Below, piece by piece: positions 37,610-50,095 of a DNA stretch of 64,000 nucleotides. Below the pieces are notes generated by a model. It was not told where the DNA came from, ran no database searches, and saw only the letters and a list, made by a program, of their open reading frames with translations. A program made the position numbers and the translations under genes. Origin of the DNA: Eledone cirrhosa (taxonomy: Eukaryota); the NCBI GenBank assembly GCA_964016885.1, contig OZ024741.1:199454001-199518000 (forward strand), read 5' to 3'. Numbering within the stretch: the stretch's first letter is position 1; each line of letters begins with the position of its first letter.

Positions 37610-38317
37610 TGAGCTATTTTTCTTACTGATAATAAGGTACTAATAAATTACTGACCTTTCCTGTTTATAGTTGTATATAGTGTATACATAACTATAAATT
37701 ATATATATATATATATATATATCCTTCTGTAACTCTTTAAAGTTTACACACACAAATAAACACTTAATTTATTTTCTTTATCTGATAAGTTCACTTTCTA
37801 ATCTTAAGGTTCTAGGTTCTAATCCTACATTTTCTCCTGTAAACAGTTATTTCTCCAAAGTGACCCATACACTTAATCCTGTATGTTATTTGTACATATA
37901 TGCTGAATATTTATGTAATTATATTCTAGAAATAAATTAGTAAAATATAATTGTTATCTTTGATCCCTTCCACATGTCACTAATCAACATAAACTATAGG
38001 GTTTCTCTTATGTAAACCTTGAATTTATCAAACTGAAAATTTCCTAGTTTGTATAATTGTTCATATATCCAGTAATATAGCGTATCAATCTTGGACTCTA
38101 AAATTTAAATACATTCAACACTATTGATGGCATTGGTCCACTAATAATAAATAACTGCTCAGTAATGTTACATTGACATATCTAAAATATTATTAATTTG
38201 TTTTGTAGTACTGTATTTTATATTTGTGTATGTGTGTGTTTATCTGTCTGTGAATTGATTTGTTGAGTTATTTATTCCAGTGTTATTTATTTTTGTTTCT
38301 TTTTGTTCATTTGCCAG

Positions 38318-38431
38318 GATCTACTTTCCAAGGATGAAATGCTTCGATACAATAAAGCAGGAAGCATTACAACATCACACATCCATCTCCATGATGCTGA
38401 CAATATACAGTTGGCATGCACTTTATTTAAG
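38318..38431 (+). CDS. Coding exon of the unconventional myosin, start of MyTH4-type domain
   Basis: ttgccag|GAT ... AAG|gtaagc, 38 codons DLLSKDEMLRYNKAGSITTSHIHLHDADNIQLACTLFK, phase 0/0. Too short for the ORF track. Confidence 0.85.
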
Positions 38432-39128
38432 GTAAGCATTACTCTAAAACTAGATCACCAAATATAGAAACATTTCAAAGAACACATCTTGCTTTAATTA
38501 GCAGAGTCTGTAGAGCATTGGAATAAATGCCTCATGGCATTTGTCCCAGCTCTCTACACTCTGAGTTCAAATCCTGCCAAGGTCAAACTTAGCCTTTGTT
38601 CTTCCAAAGTCAATAAAATAAAGTACCAGTCAAGTACTGGTGCTGATATAATCAACTCCCCCTTTCCCTCAAAATTGCTGGCTTTATGCCAGAAATTAGA
38701 AATCATGGTGGATTGGCAGAGTTTTTAGAGTCAGATAAATGCTTATTAGTAATTCTTCTGGCTCTCTGCACGCCGATTTCAAATTATGCCAAGGTTACCT
38801 TTATCCGTTACCTTTCATTCTTTCAAGGTTGATAAAATAAAGTACCAGCCAAGCACTGGGGTCAATATAATCAACTTTCTCCTTCCCCAAATTGCTGGTC
38901 TTGTACCAATGTTAAAACGAATTATTATTTGTGGATTTGCAGAATCATTAGAGCATTGGGCAAAATACTTGACAGTATTTGTTCTGGCTCTTTACAAGTT
39001 CAAATTCTTATGGAAATTAACATTGATTTCATCCTTCTGGGGTCAGAAAAATAATGTACCACTCAAGTACTAGGATGGATATAATCAACTTCCCCTCCCT
39101 TCAAAATTTCTTATACCCAAATTAAAAA

Positions 39129-39130
<2 letters not shown>

Positions 39131-39166
<36 letters not shown>

Positions 39167-39450
39167 GGAGTCTCAGTCATTTATGTCATTTAACTGGAAA
39201 GTTTGTTGGAATGAACATCAAGCCGCTACCTGCAGCCTCAGATATTCAGTACGTATCAAAGGGTTCTTGTTGTTCCCAGCAAGCATGCCTTTTGAAGTGT
39301 TTAAAAAACTGGGCTGGACTATCTTTGAGATAGTACCTAGTGCTCCTGTGACAATCGGGTTGACCTTGATCTCATGACAGTCCCAAATCCTTTTTCACTC
39401 CCACTTTAAATCCTGGTATAAGTTAATTTTCTTCTCCTTTTCTTGCACTC
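39131..39450 (-). mobile_element. 3' fragment of an R4/Dong-like non-LTR element in (TAA)n
   Basis: Minus strand YQDLKWE*KRIW...VNPIVTGALGTI. The 3' end abuts (TAA)n at 39131-39165. Confidence 0.65.
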
Positions 39451-39930
39451 TTGTATTATTATTATTGTTGTTGTTATCATTATTTATTATTGTGTTCTTG
39501 CATTATCAAACATTTATTTTGTCACTGACAAGCTTAGATTACTAACTGATTTCAAACATGGAAAAGTTTCTACTTTATGTATATATCATTACAAAACCAA
39601 GGTACATATAAACTGTTTGATCCAAAGAGGTGAAAATTCACTACATAAAGACTAAGTTTTTAGTTTTCATTTTCTTTGGCTTCTATCATATTTTTACATA
39701 ATGGCAATACTAGGATTTGCTCACGCAAAACAAAATTGAAAAATTTCTGTAAATACCATACAGAAGAAAAAGAACATATATGAAGTGGTATTAAAAAGTT
39801 CCTGGACTAGTTATATTTAAAATACACTAATATATTTACCTAAGTTTTAACATCATCTCCTTCGAAATAGTCATCTGGTCCCAGCATTCGTGCCACTTTT
39901 GGTATCCGGCCTGGAGGTTTAACATTACTA

Positions 39931-40192
39931 ATTCTTCTTCTTCTTCTTCTTCTTCTTCTTCTTCTTCTTCTTCTTCTTCTTCTTTTTCTTCTTTTTCTTT
40001 TTTTTCTTTTTCTTTTTTTTCTTTTTCTTTTTCTTTTTTTTCTTTTTCTTTTTTTCTTTTTCTTTTTCTTTTTCTACTTTTTCTTTTTTGTCTTTTTCTT
40101 TTTTCTTTTTTCTTTTTCTTTTTCTTTTTCTTTTTCTTTTTCTTTTTCTTTTTCTTCTTTTTCTGCTTTTTCTGCTTCTTCTTTTTCTTCTT
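39931..40192. repeat. Polypyrimidine (CTT)n/(CTTTTT)n tract
   Basis: About 260 bp of almost pure C/T. Gives the spurious poly-Lys ORF. Confidence 0.95.
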
Positions 40193-40351
40193 CCGAGGTT
40201 AACTTTGCCTTTCATCTTTACGGGGTTGATAAAATAAAGCACCAGTAATGTACTGGGGTCGATTTAATCGACTTTCCCCTCCTCCCAAATTACTGGCCTT
40301 GTGCCTATACTAGAAATTATTATTATTATTATTATTATCCTCCTCCTCCTC

Positions 40352-41311
40352 CTTCTTATTCCTGGAAGGCTCATGGGTGAAGAGTCCTCAATTACACCTT
40401 ACAACAGATCCTATCAGAAGTAACCATCTCCAATCTTCTTCTTTGCCCACTTATTCATGAGAGCAGATTCCTTAAGTACTCCTTCTAATGTGTCCAGGAT
40501 TCCATCTGGGTCAATTGAAGACATTTACTTCTGACATGAAGGTTTTTAAAGACGACAATGTAATTTCTAAACTATGACACACCAGCTTGATCTCCACAAC
40601 CCTTCTACTCTTTTTATAATCTTTAGTTTTGTATCATCCAACCTATGCAAGTATGGAAATATTAACATAAAATTATAACTCTATATTTATATGCCTTCTC
40701 ATTAACTAGTCAATTATTTCAGTTTTAGGTAAACTAAGGAATTATATCAATTATATTTTTGTATCTACATTTAAATTTACTCCACTTTGTTGTATTGAAT
40801 TTGTAGTTTTTGAAATAACAAATCAATAAACATTTTAATAACTTGAGTTGATCAATCATTCAATAACGTTTGATAAAGTGGAGTAAACTTAAATGTAGAT
40901 ACAAAAATATAATTGATATAATTCCTTAGTTTACCTAAAACTGAAATAATTGACTAGTTAATGAGAAGGCATATAAATATAGAGTTATAATTTTATGTTA
41001 ATATTTCCATACTTGCATAGGTTGGATGATACAAAACTAAAGATTATAAAAAGAGTAGAAGGGTTGTGGAGATCAAGCTGGTGTGTCATAGTTTAGAAAT
41101 TACATTGTCGTCTTTAAAAACCTTCATGTCAGAAGTAAATGTCTTCAATTGACCCAGATGGAATCCTGGACACATTAGAAGGAGTACTTAAGGAATCTGC
41201 TCTCATGAATAAGTGGGCAAAGAAGAAGATTGGAGATGGTTACTTCTGATAGGATCTGTTGTAAGGTGTAATTGAGGACTCTTCACCCATGAGCCTTCCA
41301 GGAATAAGAAG
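40352..41311. repeat. Long inverted duplication: 437-bp arms, 86-bp spacer
   Basis: 40352-40788 is the reverse complement of 40875-41311. The only mismatch I saw is near the inner ends. Confidence 0.92.
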
Positions 41312-42894
41312 AATGGTTTCTGACATTACTAATGAAATGATAAAAAATGTATAATTATAATCATAAAATGGTGGTAATATTATGGAAAAAATGTTTAACA
41401 ATATTTATTTGTTGTTAGTTGGGAGTCATTGAAAGTAAATGGAATATTCCATCAAAATATTGGAAAATTAATGTACTGAATCAGATGATATAGAAAACTG
41501 CAAGGTGAAATGATTGAATTTGACAACACTTTTTTTATGTATTATTAAAAAGGTTTTGCTGAACATCAAGTCTGGATATATTGATAAGGGATTTTAATTG
41601 ATGTCAGATGTTTTCATCATATATAGAAAGGATAATAATTTCCAATAACCAATCATAAATCTGCTTTTATGAACTGGGGAAGCCTATGTTCAGTTAAAGT
41701 TGCCCTAGTTTATTACTGATAACTATCAGTCAACCCTAAAACATATTTGAAAAAAAAAAAAAAAAATTATATTATAATTGTATAACAAGAGCATTCTACC
41801 AGCCATTGCTGCAAGCCACTGGTTCACTACATTTTTGACAGTGAGAAGGATTAAAAAGTATCTGTAATTTGGACTAGAACAATTATTTAAATAAAATTTG
41901 TTTGAAAAACAGTATCTTCTTTTTTTTTTGCCAAATCAATGTGGTTGTGTAGGTGTCATTACAAAAAGCACCCAGTACACACTGCAAATGTGGTTGGTGT
42001 TAGGAAGGGTTTCCAGCTGTAGAACCCAAGCCAAAATCAGTTCTGTATGAGCAAGACATGGTCACCTGACCTGGCATTTCTCACAACAGGACAACTCGTC
42101 TAACTCATGCTAGCATGGAAAAATAGACATTAAACTGTAACAATGATGATGATGAATATATGTGTGTGTGTGTTATCTATATGCATATATTTATATATAT
42201 GTGTGTGTGGTGATGTATTTGTGATGCAAGGTTTTAGATATGAAATCATGTATTGAAACATATATTGTTATATTTGGGTAGGGCCATGTTTTAATATTGC
42301 TAAAAATAGTAAAACACACACTCTGTTTGGTTTGATTTTTGCTTAAGTATATTTTTATATAAATAATTTAGCTGACAATCAATGTTTATCATTGATTGAC
42401 CAATAGTTAAAAATGTAAATAATTTCTCAAAGTTCTTTTGTCATACATTTCTGTGACATCTTCAGTGTTTAATGCTGTGTTTCTATAACGTATTTTTTGT
42501 TGTTGTCTCTGTTTGTGCATGTATGCTGTTTGGTGTGTACTCTTGTGTTCGTGTCTGAGTCTGTGTGTGTTTATGTGTTTATATTCTATCTTTAGATTTA
42601 TTTACTGGTAATTTCTCTGCCTTAGTTGTAATGTCTCTAGTGTATATTTAAATAAAAGACAGGCTGAAAAACTAAAATGGACATTAATGGTAAATATGAA
42701 AAGAACAGCATATAAAAAAATAACAAACTCTACAAATGGAAACAAGTACATCTTAAGAAGATTCAAAATATCATGACACCCAACGAGCAAACTGAGTTCA
42801 TGAAAATCATTCAGCAAGAAACAAAATAAGAATGCAAAAAAATAATTTAGCAAAACATTAAGAGGAATGAAGGACACCCCCCCCCCCCCAAAAA

Positions 42895-42919
42895 AAAAAA
42901 CAGTGTTAATTTTCCAAAG

Positions 42920-42955
<36 letters not shown>

Positions 42956-43103
42956 AAGATGGACGTTAAACGATGATGATGATATATATATATATAGAGA
43001 GAGAGCGAGAGAGGGGGGTGCATCCTTTATGTATTATATAATCCTGTTATACGTATTTCAAAGACATCAAAGGGATTAAAAAAAAACAGTGTTAATTTTC
43101 CGA

Positions 43104-43143
<40 letters not shown>

Positions 43144-43169
43144 AAGATGGACGTTAAACAATGATGATG

Positions 43170-43201
<32 letters not shown>

Positions 43202-43272
43202 CGAGAGAGGGGGGTGCACCCTTTATGTATTATATAATCCTGTTATACGTATTTCAAAGACATCAAAGGGAT
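42895..43272. repeat. Tandem duplication, ~185-bp unit
   Basis: aaaaaacagtgttaattttcc...gatggaagatggacgttaaac...catcaaagggatt occurs twice. Confidence 0.9.
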
Positions 43273-43310
43273 TGCATAATAACCCTTTGATGTGCTTTTT
43301 ATCAGACAGG
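43239..43310 (-). ncRNA. Type I hammerhead-ribozyme-like motif with extended stem II
   Basis: Minus strand CCTGT CTGATAA AAAGCACATCAAAGGG ttattatgcaat CCCTTTGATGTCTTT GAAA TACGTA TA ACAGG. One core deviation (CUGAUAA for CUGAUGA). Confidence 0.7.
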
Positions 43311-43494
43311 TGTTAAGTTGTAAATAGAGGATGTACACTTAAAACCATCTCTCTTTTTTATAATATTGACACTCTGCCTGATACCCTATTGATAATACTT
43401 TAAGGTACTCAAGTTGTGGAGTGTTTTACATCTGTTTACAACTACAAACATTAGATTAATTGATCAACTAACGCTTCTTTAATTCATTTTTTTC

Positions 43495-44775
43495 TTCTTT
43501 ACCCACTTATTCCTTAGAGAGTCGAGGGGGCAGAGGCCTCAAACACTCCGTTAAGTGGGTCCTCTCAGAAGCAGCCATCTCCAACTGATCCAGCTGGATT
43601 CCCAATTGAGACCAGCCAAGCAAGACCAGCCAAACTCATGGATGTTATCCAACCATTTTGCTCGGGGGCTCCCCCTGGGTCTCCTACTGGCTGGTTTTGC
43701 CTGTAAAATATGTCCAGTGATTCTTTTCCAAGACATCTAACCACATGCCCATAGTATTGGAGCTGTGATCCTTCAACTTGGAGAAATACTGGCTCTACCT
43801 GGAGTGACTCTCTGAGCTATGCACTCTCTCATGTAATCTTACTCCAAAGACCCTTGGAGGAGCACCATTTCGGCTGCTTGCTTTCGCGATCGCATTCTTT
43901 CGGTCATTACCCAAGATTCCTGACCATAGGTAAGGGTTGGCATGAATACCGAATTGAAGATAGTGGCTTCTTCTGATTACTGATTGTTGAAGTTGGCACA
44001 TTACTGCACCAGCTCCTACAATTCTTGCACTTATTTCAGCCTCCTGGCTTCCATCACTCAGATCCGAGATATTTGAATTTCTCTACCTGCTTCAGTGGAA
44101 CTCCATTTACATATAGAGAGCAGTGCACAGGGTTCCTTGAGAGGACAAGCTTCTCAGTTTTCACGGCACTGATTTTTGTTCCAACAATGCAGAACTTGGC
44201 ATTAAACCTATCAAGTGCAAGTCAGAGATCACCTTCTGATGAGTTAAGTAACACTATGTTGTCTGCAAATTCCAGCCAACTGATTTTACACCCGCCAGTC
44301 ATGATACTACTTTCAACCCGGCTGCACATGTCAATCCTGTTCATGTAAATAATGAACAGGTGAGGTGACAGTACGCACCCTTGGCAAAATGCGACTCTCA
44401 CATTGAATGGTTTCTATCTATCTGAACACAAATACTCAGGCATTTGTATAGAGATATCAGGGTAGCAAGGAGCTGACCATCGATTCCTTATTCCTGCACA
44501 ACCTTCCACAGAAGGTCCCAAGGAACACGATCATGTGCCTTTTTAAGGTTGGCAAAACAAGAATATACCTCTAGACATACTCCCACGATTTCTCGAAGAC
44601 CTGCCACGGTACGAATATTTGGTCGATTTTACTGTGTCCACACTGTTCATCAGCTTACTTGGAGTCAACAATCTCCCTGCATCTCTTTGCCTGACAATTA
44701 GCATAAACTTTACCAGAGAGGCTTAACAAGGAGATCTCTCTGTAATTGGAACAATCTCCTACACTCTTTTCTTTT
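43495..44775 (-). mobile_element. Decayed RTE-clade LINE of a second family (RT domain to 3' end)
   Basis: Minus strand NYREISLLSLSGKVYA, LKKAHDRVPWDLLWK, QGCVLSPHLFIIYMNRI, FADNIVL, VEKFKYLG and RPRGSPRAKWLDNI. Confidence 0.85.
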
Positions 44776-44954
44776 CTTGAATAATATATGTGTGTAGGTT
44801 CTTGAGTTGTGCCAGGGCATAACCTCAGTTAAAAAATGTCCTCAATATGTTGGTAGAGTTTGGCATCTCTATTATGACTTCTACAGGACTAGAACTGTTT
44901 TATTCACATAAAATCAACATATATCGTGTGTGTATATATATATATGCCCTTACT

Positions 44955-45230
44955 ATGTAAAGTTATGTTGGTACCACAAAACATCCAACCTACACTATAA
45001 AGTGGTCGTTTAGGTATCACGACAAAATTCACCCAGTCTACACTGTATAGTGGTCATGTAGGACAGCACACACTGTAAATGTGGTTGGTGTTTTGAAGGG
45101 CATCTAGCTGTAGAAAACCAGCCAGTCTTATACGAGCAAAACACAGTCACCTGACCAAACTTGCCTCAAATAGGACAAACCCGTCTAACCCATGCTAGCA
45201 TGTAAGATAGACGTTAAATGATGATGATGA
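44955..45230 (+). mobile_element. RTE long-3'-UTR fragment with (GAT)n tail
   Basis: Matches 14455-14860. Further copies at ~9841-10030 (-), 14069-14180 (-) and 41960-42155 (+). Confidence 0.75.
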
Positions 45231-46305
45231 TATATATATTTATATATATATACATACATGCACAAACACTAACACACACACATGAAAGTTGCTTAGAGCA
45301 AAGAACAAATCCTCAGCAAGTAATGAAACAAAATAGTCATTGTATGGTTAGGGTAGGTTTATCTGTCACTACTTTGGTATGGTAGTAACCCAGGAGAATA
45401 TAAAAGCATACATCAATGTGGGCCAAAAGAACCTTGACACTCTTTGGTGGCATTAATGCTTCTTAGGAATCCTGGAGGTAGTGATATAATCAGAAGGGGC
45501 TAAAATTGTTGTGTTTGCTAGTTGACATCTGACTTGTAGTGTCACACATACATATACACATTTAAATGCATATGCATTTGTAATATATTTGTTTGCATAT
45601 GTGTTTGTGCATATCTATGCATGTATATGCTGCTTATGTATTTGATAGATTTAAATGTTACTTCTACTAGAAACAATGTTATCGAAGCTACTATTAACAA
45701 GCTTCAGTAAAGAGAATGTCAGCTGCATGCAGAGGAGAAAGGTTAACTAAATATGTGAATGCAATTGAGCAGTTGTTAGTGTAAAAGTGTCATGACTGTG
45801 TGGTAGAGGTGGAAGTGGGGAAATGTGCTCAAGGTAGAGTTATCAGCATTGATTTGCTTACTACAAGGCTGAACCAGTCGATATAGCATACAGCATCAAT
45901 AAGTAGATAACTGCTGCTGCTGCTGCTGCTGGATCTTCTCTCTGTACAGTGAACATTTATGAATGTTGTTGACATATATTAATAGAAGCTGTATGTTGCA
46001 TAGACCTTGTAACTAGGACATGACTGCAATGGCACAAATAAATTGTCATGTTGCAATTAGAACAGTAGTGGTGTACTATATATAATAGTAAACAAATATA
46101 TATTGGGTCCAATATGTGATATATTTATATATAATTGGCTTCAATGTTTCTTTATCAATCTATTTTCTACATGTGCGTGTCTTTTGCATGTTTATGGAAC
46201 CTTGTACACAAGTAATAGCACTATTTCTTAATATTGTGTACTTTCTCCATTACATAAATGGGTATTTACATTATGTTCTTGAGAATATGCCTTCATTTCA
46301 TTTAT

Positions 46306-46400
<95 letters not shown>

Positions 46401-47214
46401 TAGAATTAGGATTTATCTTTGAGTATAGCTGTATACAGATATGTATTGGAATTTCGTATTTCTAAAGAAATACGGTATGTTTATAAGTAAACATTTAGAA
46501 AGCCATAGTTATGCAAAAATACCGAAGGCTATCGCCACCTGGCGGTGTCTGCAATGTTGGTGGCATATAATACTCAACTGATGTATTGTGTACTGTAGAC
46601 TACTATAGTGTAGTAATAGTGTGTATTGTAAAGCAAAGATGTTACACTTATTGTTGTTAACTGCTATTTAAGCTCTACAAACTCAATATCTGGAACTGCT
46701 GCTGGACTAACATTGTTGACACAACAATCTAATTAATTGTGAATTGATGATGATCATTAGTAAATGTTATAAAACAGTGTACAGATATATATAGCTCAAT
46801 AAAACTTGAAAATTTATGAACAATAAGGTAGCCTTTATGTGATTACTAGTGGACAGATTGTTGTGAAAACATGCAGTATTAAAGTAAAAACTTTAATTTT
46901 TAATATGATGCAAGAATGTATTGCTTATGTGCTTTCATGTGGTGCAAGATGTTAAGATTTAAAAATGTAAAGGGTAATGTTTTTCTAGATATATGGCTAA
47001 AATGACATGGCGCTCACAGCTATAATGTATTTGATGATGGATCTACTTGATAAGGATTGACCTGAAGGTAAACAACGACAACTAGGAAATTAACAGTTCA
47101 GCATATAGTAAAGGAATTATCAGTTGAAAAGCTTGTTGTGTAGTTAAAAAATCAGTCCTGAAACATCTCATTACTCTTTTTCCACAGCATCCCAAACTCA
47201 TGAACTGCGCTGTT

Positions 47215-47590
47215 GTGGATTGGCAGTATCAGTAGAGGGTCGGACGCCATGCTTTGCAGCAAAGAGTTACGGCCCTTTATGGTCTGAGTTCAAATCCTGC
47301 CGAGGTTAACTTTGCCTTTCATCCTTATGGGGTCGATAAAATAAAGTACCAGTAATGTACTGGGTAATTGCTGGCCTTGTGCCAAAAGTAGAAACAATTA
47401 TTATATTTGGATTGGCAGTATCGGTAGAGGGTCGGACGCCATGCTTTGATGCATAGAGTTATGGCCCTTGCCATTCTGAGTTCAAATCCCGCCGAGGTTA
47501 ACTTTGCCTTTCATCCTTATGGGGTCGATAAAATAAAGTACCAGTAATGCACTGGGTAATTGCTGGCCTTGTGCCAAAAGTAGAAACAAT
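47215..47590 (+). mobile_element. Two head-to-tail main-family SINEs
   Basis: 47215-47400 and 47409-47590. The second is bounded by the attattatattt duplication. Confidence 0.9.
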
Positions 47591-49377
47591 TATTATATTT
47601 CATTTTTTGTAAATCAGACACTTAGATGTTAAACAATCTAGATATTTCAGTTAGGGAGCCGTCAACAAGTTGACAAATGTCCCTTACTGTATCCTGTCTT
47701 CTACATGATTTGTAACCTTGTATCATTGCAAAATCAACACTTGGATCAGTTCCATTTTTGATTACACTGGCTTGAAATTGTGCGTTGAAAACATTGGTAA
47801 CTGGCTATGTACATTGTTTGTTTACATACAGATGTAGTCAGTCTCTCTGCCCGCTGACATCTGAAAGCTGTTGTCCAGTTATCTAGTTAAAATGATGGAG
47901 AAAATTTCATCAAAGACTCCTTAGCTTAATAGTTAAAGTGTCTAGCTACTACTTGGGAGGTATGAGGTTCAATTTTCCATAGCAGCCAATGGCAACTTCT
48001 TTTTCTGTCTTTTAAGGGTCTTCACCCTATTTTATAAGCTATTTTTTTAGCATCTCTACACTTGAGCACATCATCCTTTCTACTTATATATATTATTGTT
48101 GATATTGACAGGTAGCAGAATCTACGGGAAATTTTCTTACATTTTCAACCAAATCCACAGTTTGATTTCTGCTTTTTAATTGATTCAAGCCATTGTGTGT
48201 TCTCACCATGTTGGGGTTGAAAAACTGCCTTTAGAAACAATTACTGCTCTAGTGCTTTTGACTAAGAGTGAATTCTGTTTCTGAAATGCTTCATTAATTT
48301 ATGATAGAATACTAATTGTTATGTAAGGTGAATAGTAAATATTTTGTAAATTAGTGTATTTTTTAATGATAGAAGTATATTTCTTAATAACTCTAGAAAT
48401 TGGTAGTGAAAAAAACAGATTTGTGGCTAATAAGAACAATAGATATACAACATGGACTTTGAACAGGTGGTGCATGAAAACACTTAGTAAATGATTTAGT
48501 ATAAGGACTATTGATCAGTGAATTTAAGAGGAATGACTGCATTGTAATGGAAAGGAAGAAGAAAATTGATTTCTAAAGAAATACAAAACTATAAACTATA
48601 GTTATAGGAGCTAGCTAGGACAGGAAGTGATCAAAGAAATCATAACAAGGTAGCTATAACTCATTTGTGAAGGCACAAGGCTTAGTTGTTAGGGCGCGCT
48701 GGGCTCACAATCACAGTTGTGAGTTCAATTCCCAGACAGAGGAGAGTGTTCTCTCCTTAAGCAAGACACTTTATTTCATGTAACTCCAGTAACCTCAGCT
48801 GGCAAAAATGTGTTGTACCTGTAAGTCAAGTGGGTCAGCATTGTTATCCATATGCCATGCTGAATCTCCCCAAGAACTATATTAAGAGTGCACATGCCTA
48901 TGAAATGCTCAACCTCTTGCATGTTAATTTTGATTAAATCAACTAAAGCACCCATCATTGGAAACAGCCGAGGTCCAACAACTATATCTCATTTCAAATC
49001 AGAAATCAACAGATAATATTGCAAAGAATTGTAACCCAGACTTTAAAATCACACTGCTTTTACAATCAGTTATTCATGATGAGGATGATGGTGGCAATGA
49101 TGACAGTGATGATGATGGTTGCAATGTTGATGACCACATTGACTAGGATTTTGTAATTCTGTTGACATACTACATACATCAGTTCTTTGATACGACAGCA
49201 ATATAAAGACATCTTATTAGTGACATTGGTGGCAGGTGTTACACTGGCTTATGTTTTAATTACTAAAAACCTTTACCTTTTATGTGTTTGTGAATGTGTA
49301 TGTGGTCATTTTATTTTTGTATTTTCAAAATTTCTTGTTTAAAAGGACTAATCACTAAGAAAATTATACTCATGAGA

Positions 49378-50095
49378 ATTTAGACAACAGCTGGAGTGTA
49401 TCATATTGAACTTTAGACAACAACATCTGGAGTGTATCATGTTAAACTTTATATAACACATCTGGGGTATATCATGTTAAACTTTAGACAACAACATCTG
49501 GAGTGTATCATGTTAAACTTTATATAACACATCTGGGGTATATCATGTTAAACTTTAGACAACAACATCTGGAGTGTATCATGTTAAACTTTATATAACA
49601 CATCTGGGGTATATCATGTTAAACTTTAGACAACAACATCTGGAGTGTATCATGTTAAACTTTATATAACACATCTGGGGTATATCATGTTAAACTTTAG
49701 ACAACAACATCTGGAGTGTATCATGTTAAACTTTATATAACACATCTGGGGTATATCATGTTAAACTTTAGACAACAACATCTGGAGTGTATCATGTTAA
49801 ACTTTATATAACAACATCTGGAGTGTGTCATGTTAAACTTTAGACAACAACATCTGGAGTGTATCTTGTTGAACTTTAGACAACAACATCTGGAGTGTGT
49901 CATGTTGAACTTTAGACAACAACATCTGGAGTGTATCATGTTGAACTTTAGACAACAACATCTGGAGTGTATCATGTTAAACTTTATATAACACATCTGG
50001 TGTGTATCATGTTAAACTTTAGACAACATCTGGAGTAACATGTTAGAATTTATGTAACACATCTATAGTGTAACATGTTGAACCTTAGAAATGTT
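49378..50095. repeat. Minisatellite, 35/36-bp units with 71-bp higher-order dimer
   Basis: aactttagacaacaacatctggagtgtatcatgtta (36 bp) alternates with aactttatataacacatctggggtatatcatgtta (35 bp). About 20 units, no spacers. Confidence 0.92.

Larger units (their letters stand above)
8732..38317 (+). other. 29.6-kb phase-0 GT-AG intron of the myosin gene
   Basis: gtaagc at 8732 and a polypyrimidine tract ending ttgccag at 38317. The spliced junction reads KKRKSMQ|DLLSKDEMLRY. Confidence 0.75.

Noticed and set aside
39928-40242. Poly-Lys/Arg ORF
   Set aside because: It is the translation of the polypyrimidine tract plus SINE sequence.
45862-45941. Possible minus-strand exon (cag|...poly-Ala...|gtaagc)
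   Set aside because: Weak acceptor, no recognisable peptide and no partner exons.
49378-50095. CRISPR-like 36-bp periodicity
   Set aside because: The units abut directly with no unique spacers, there are no cas genes, and the context is eukaryotic.
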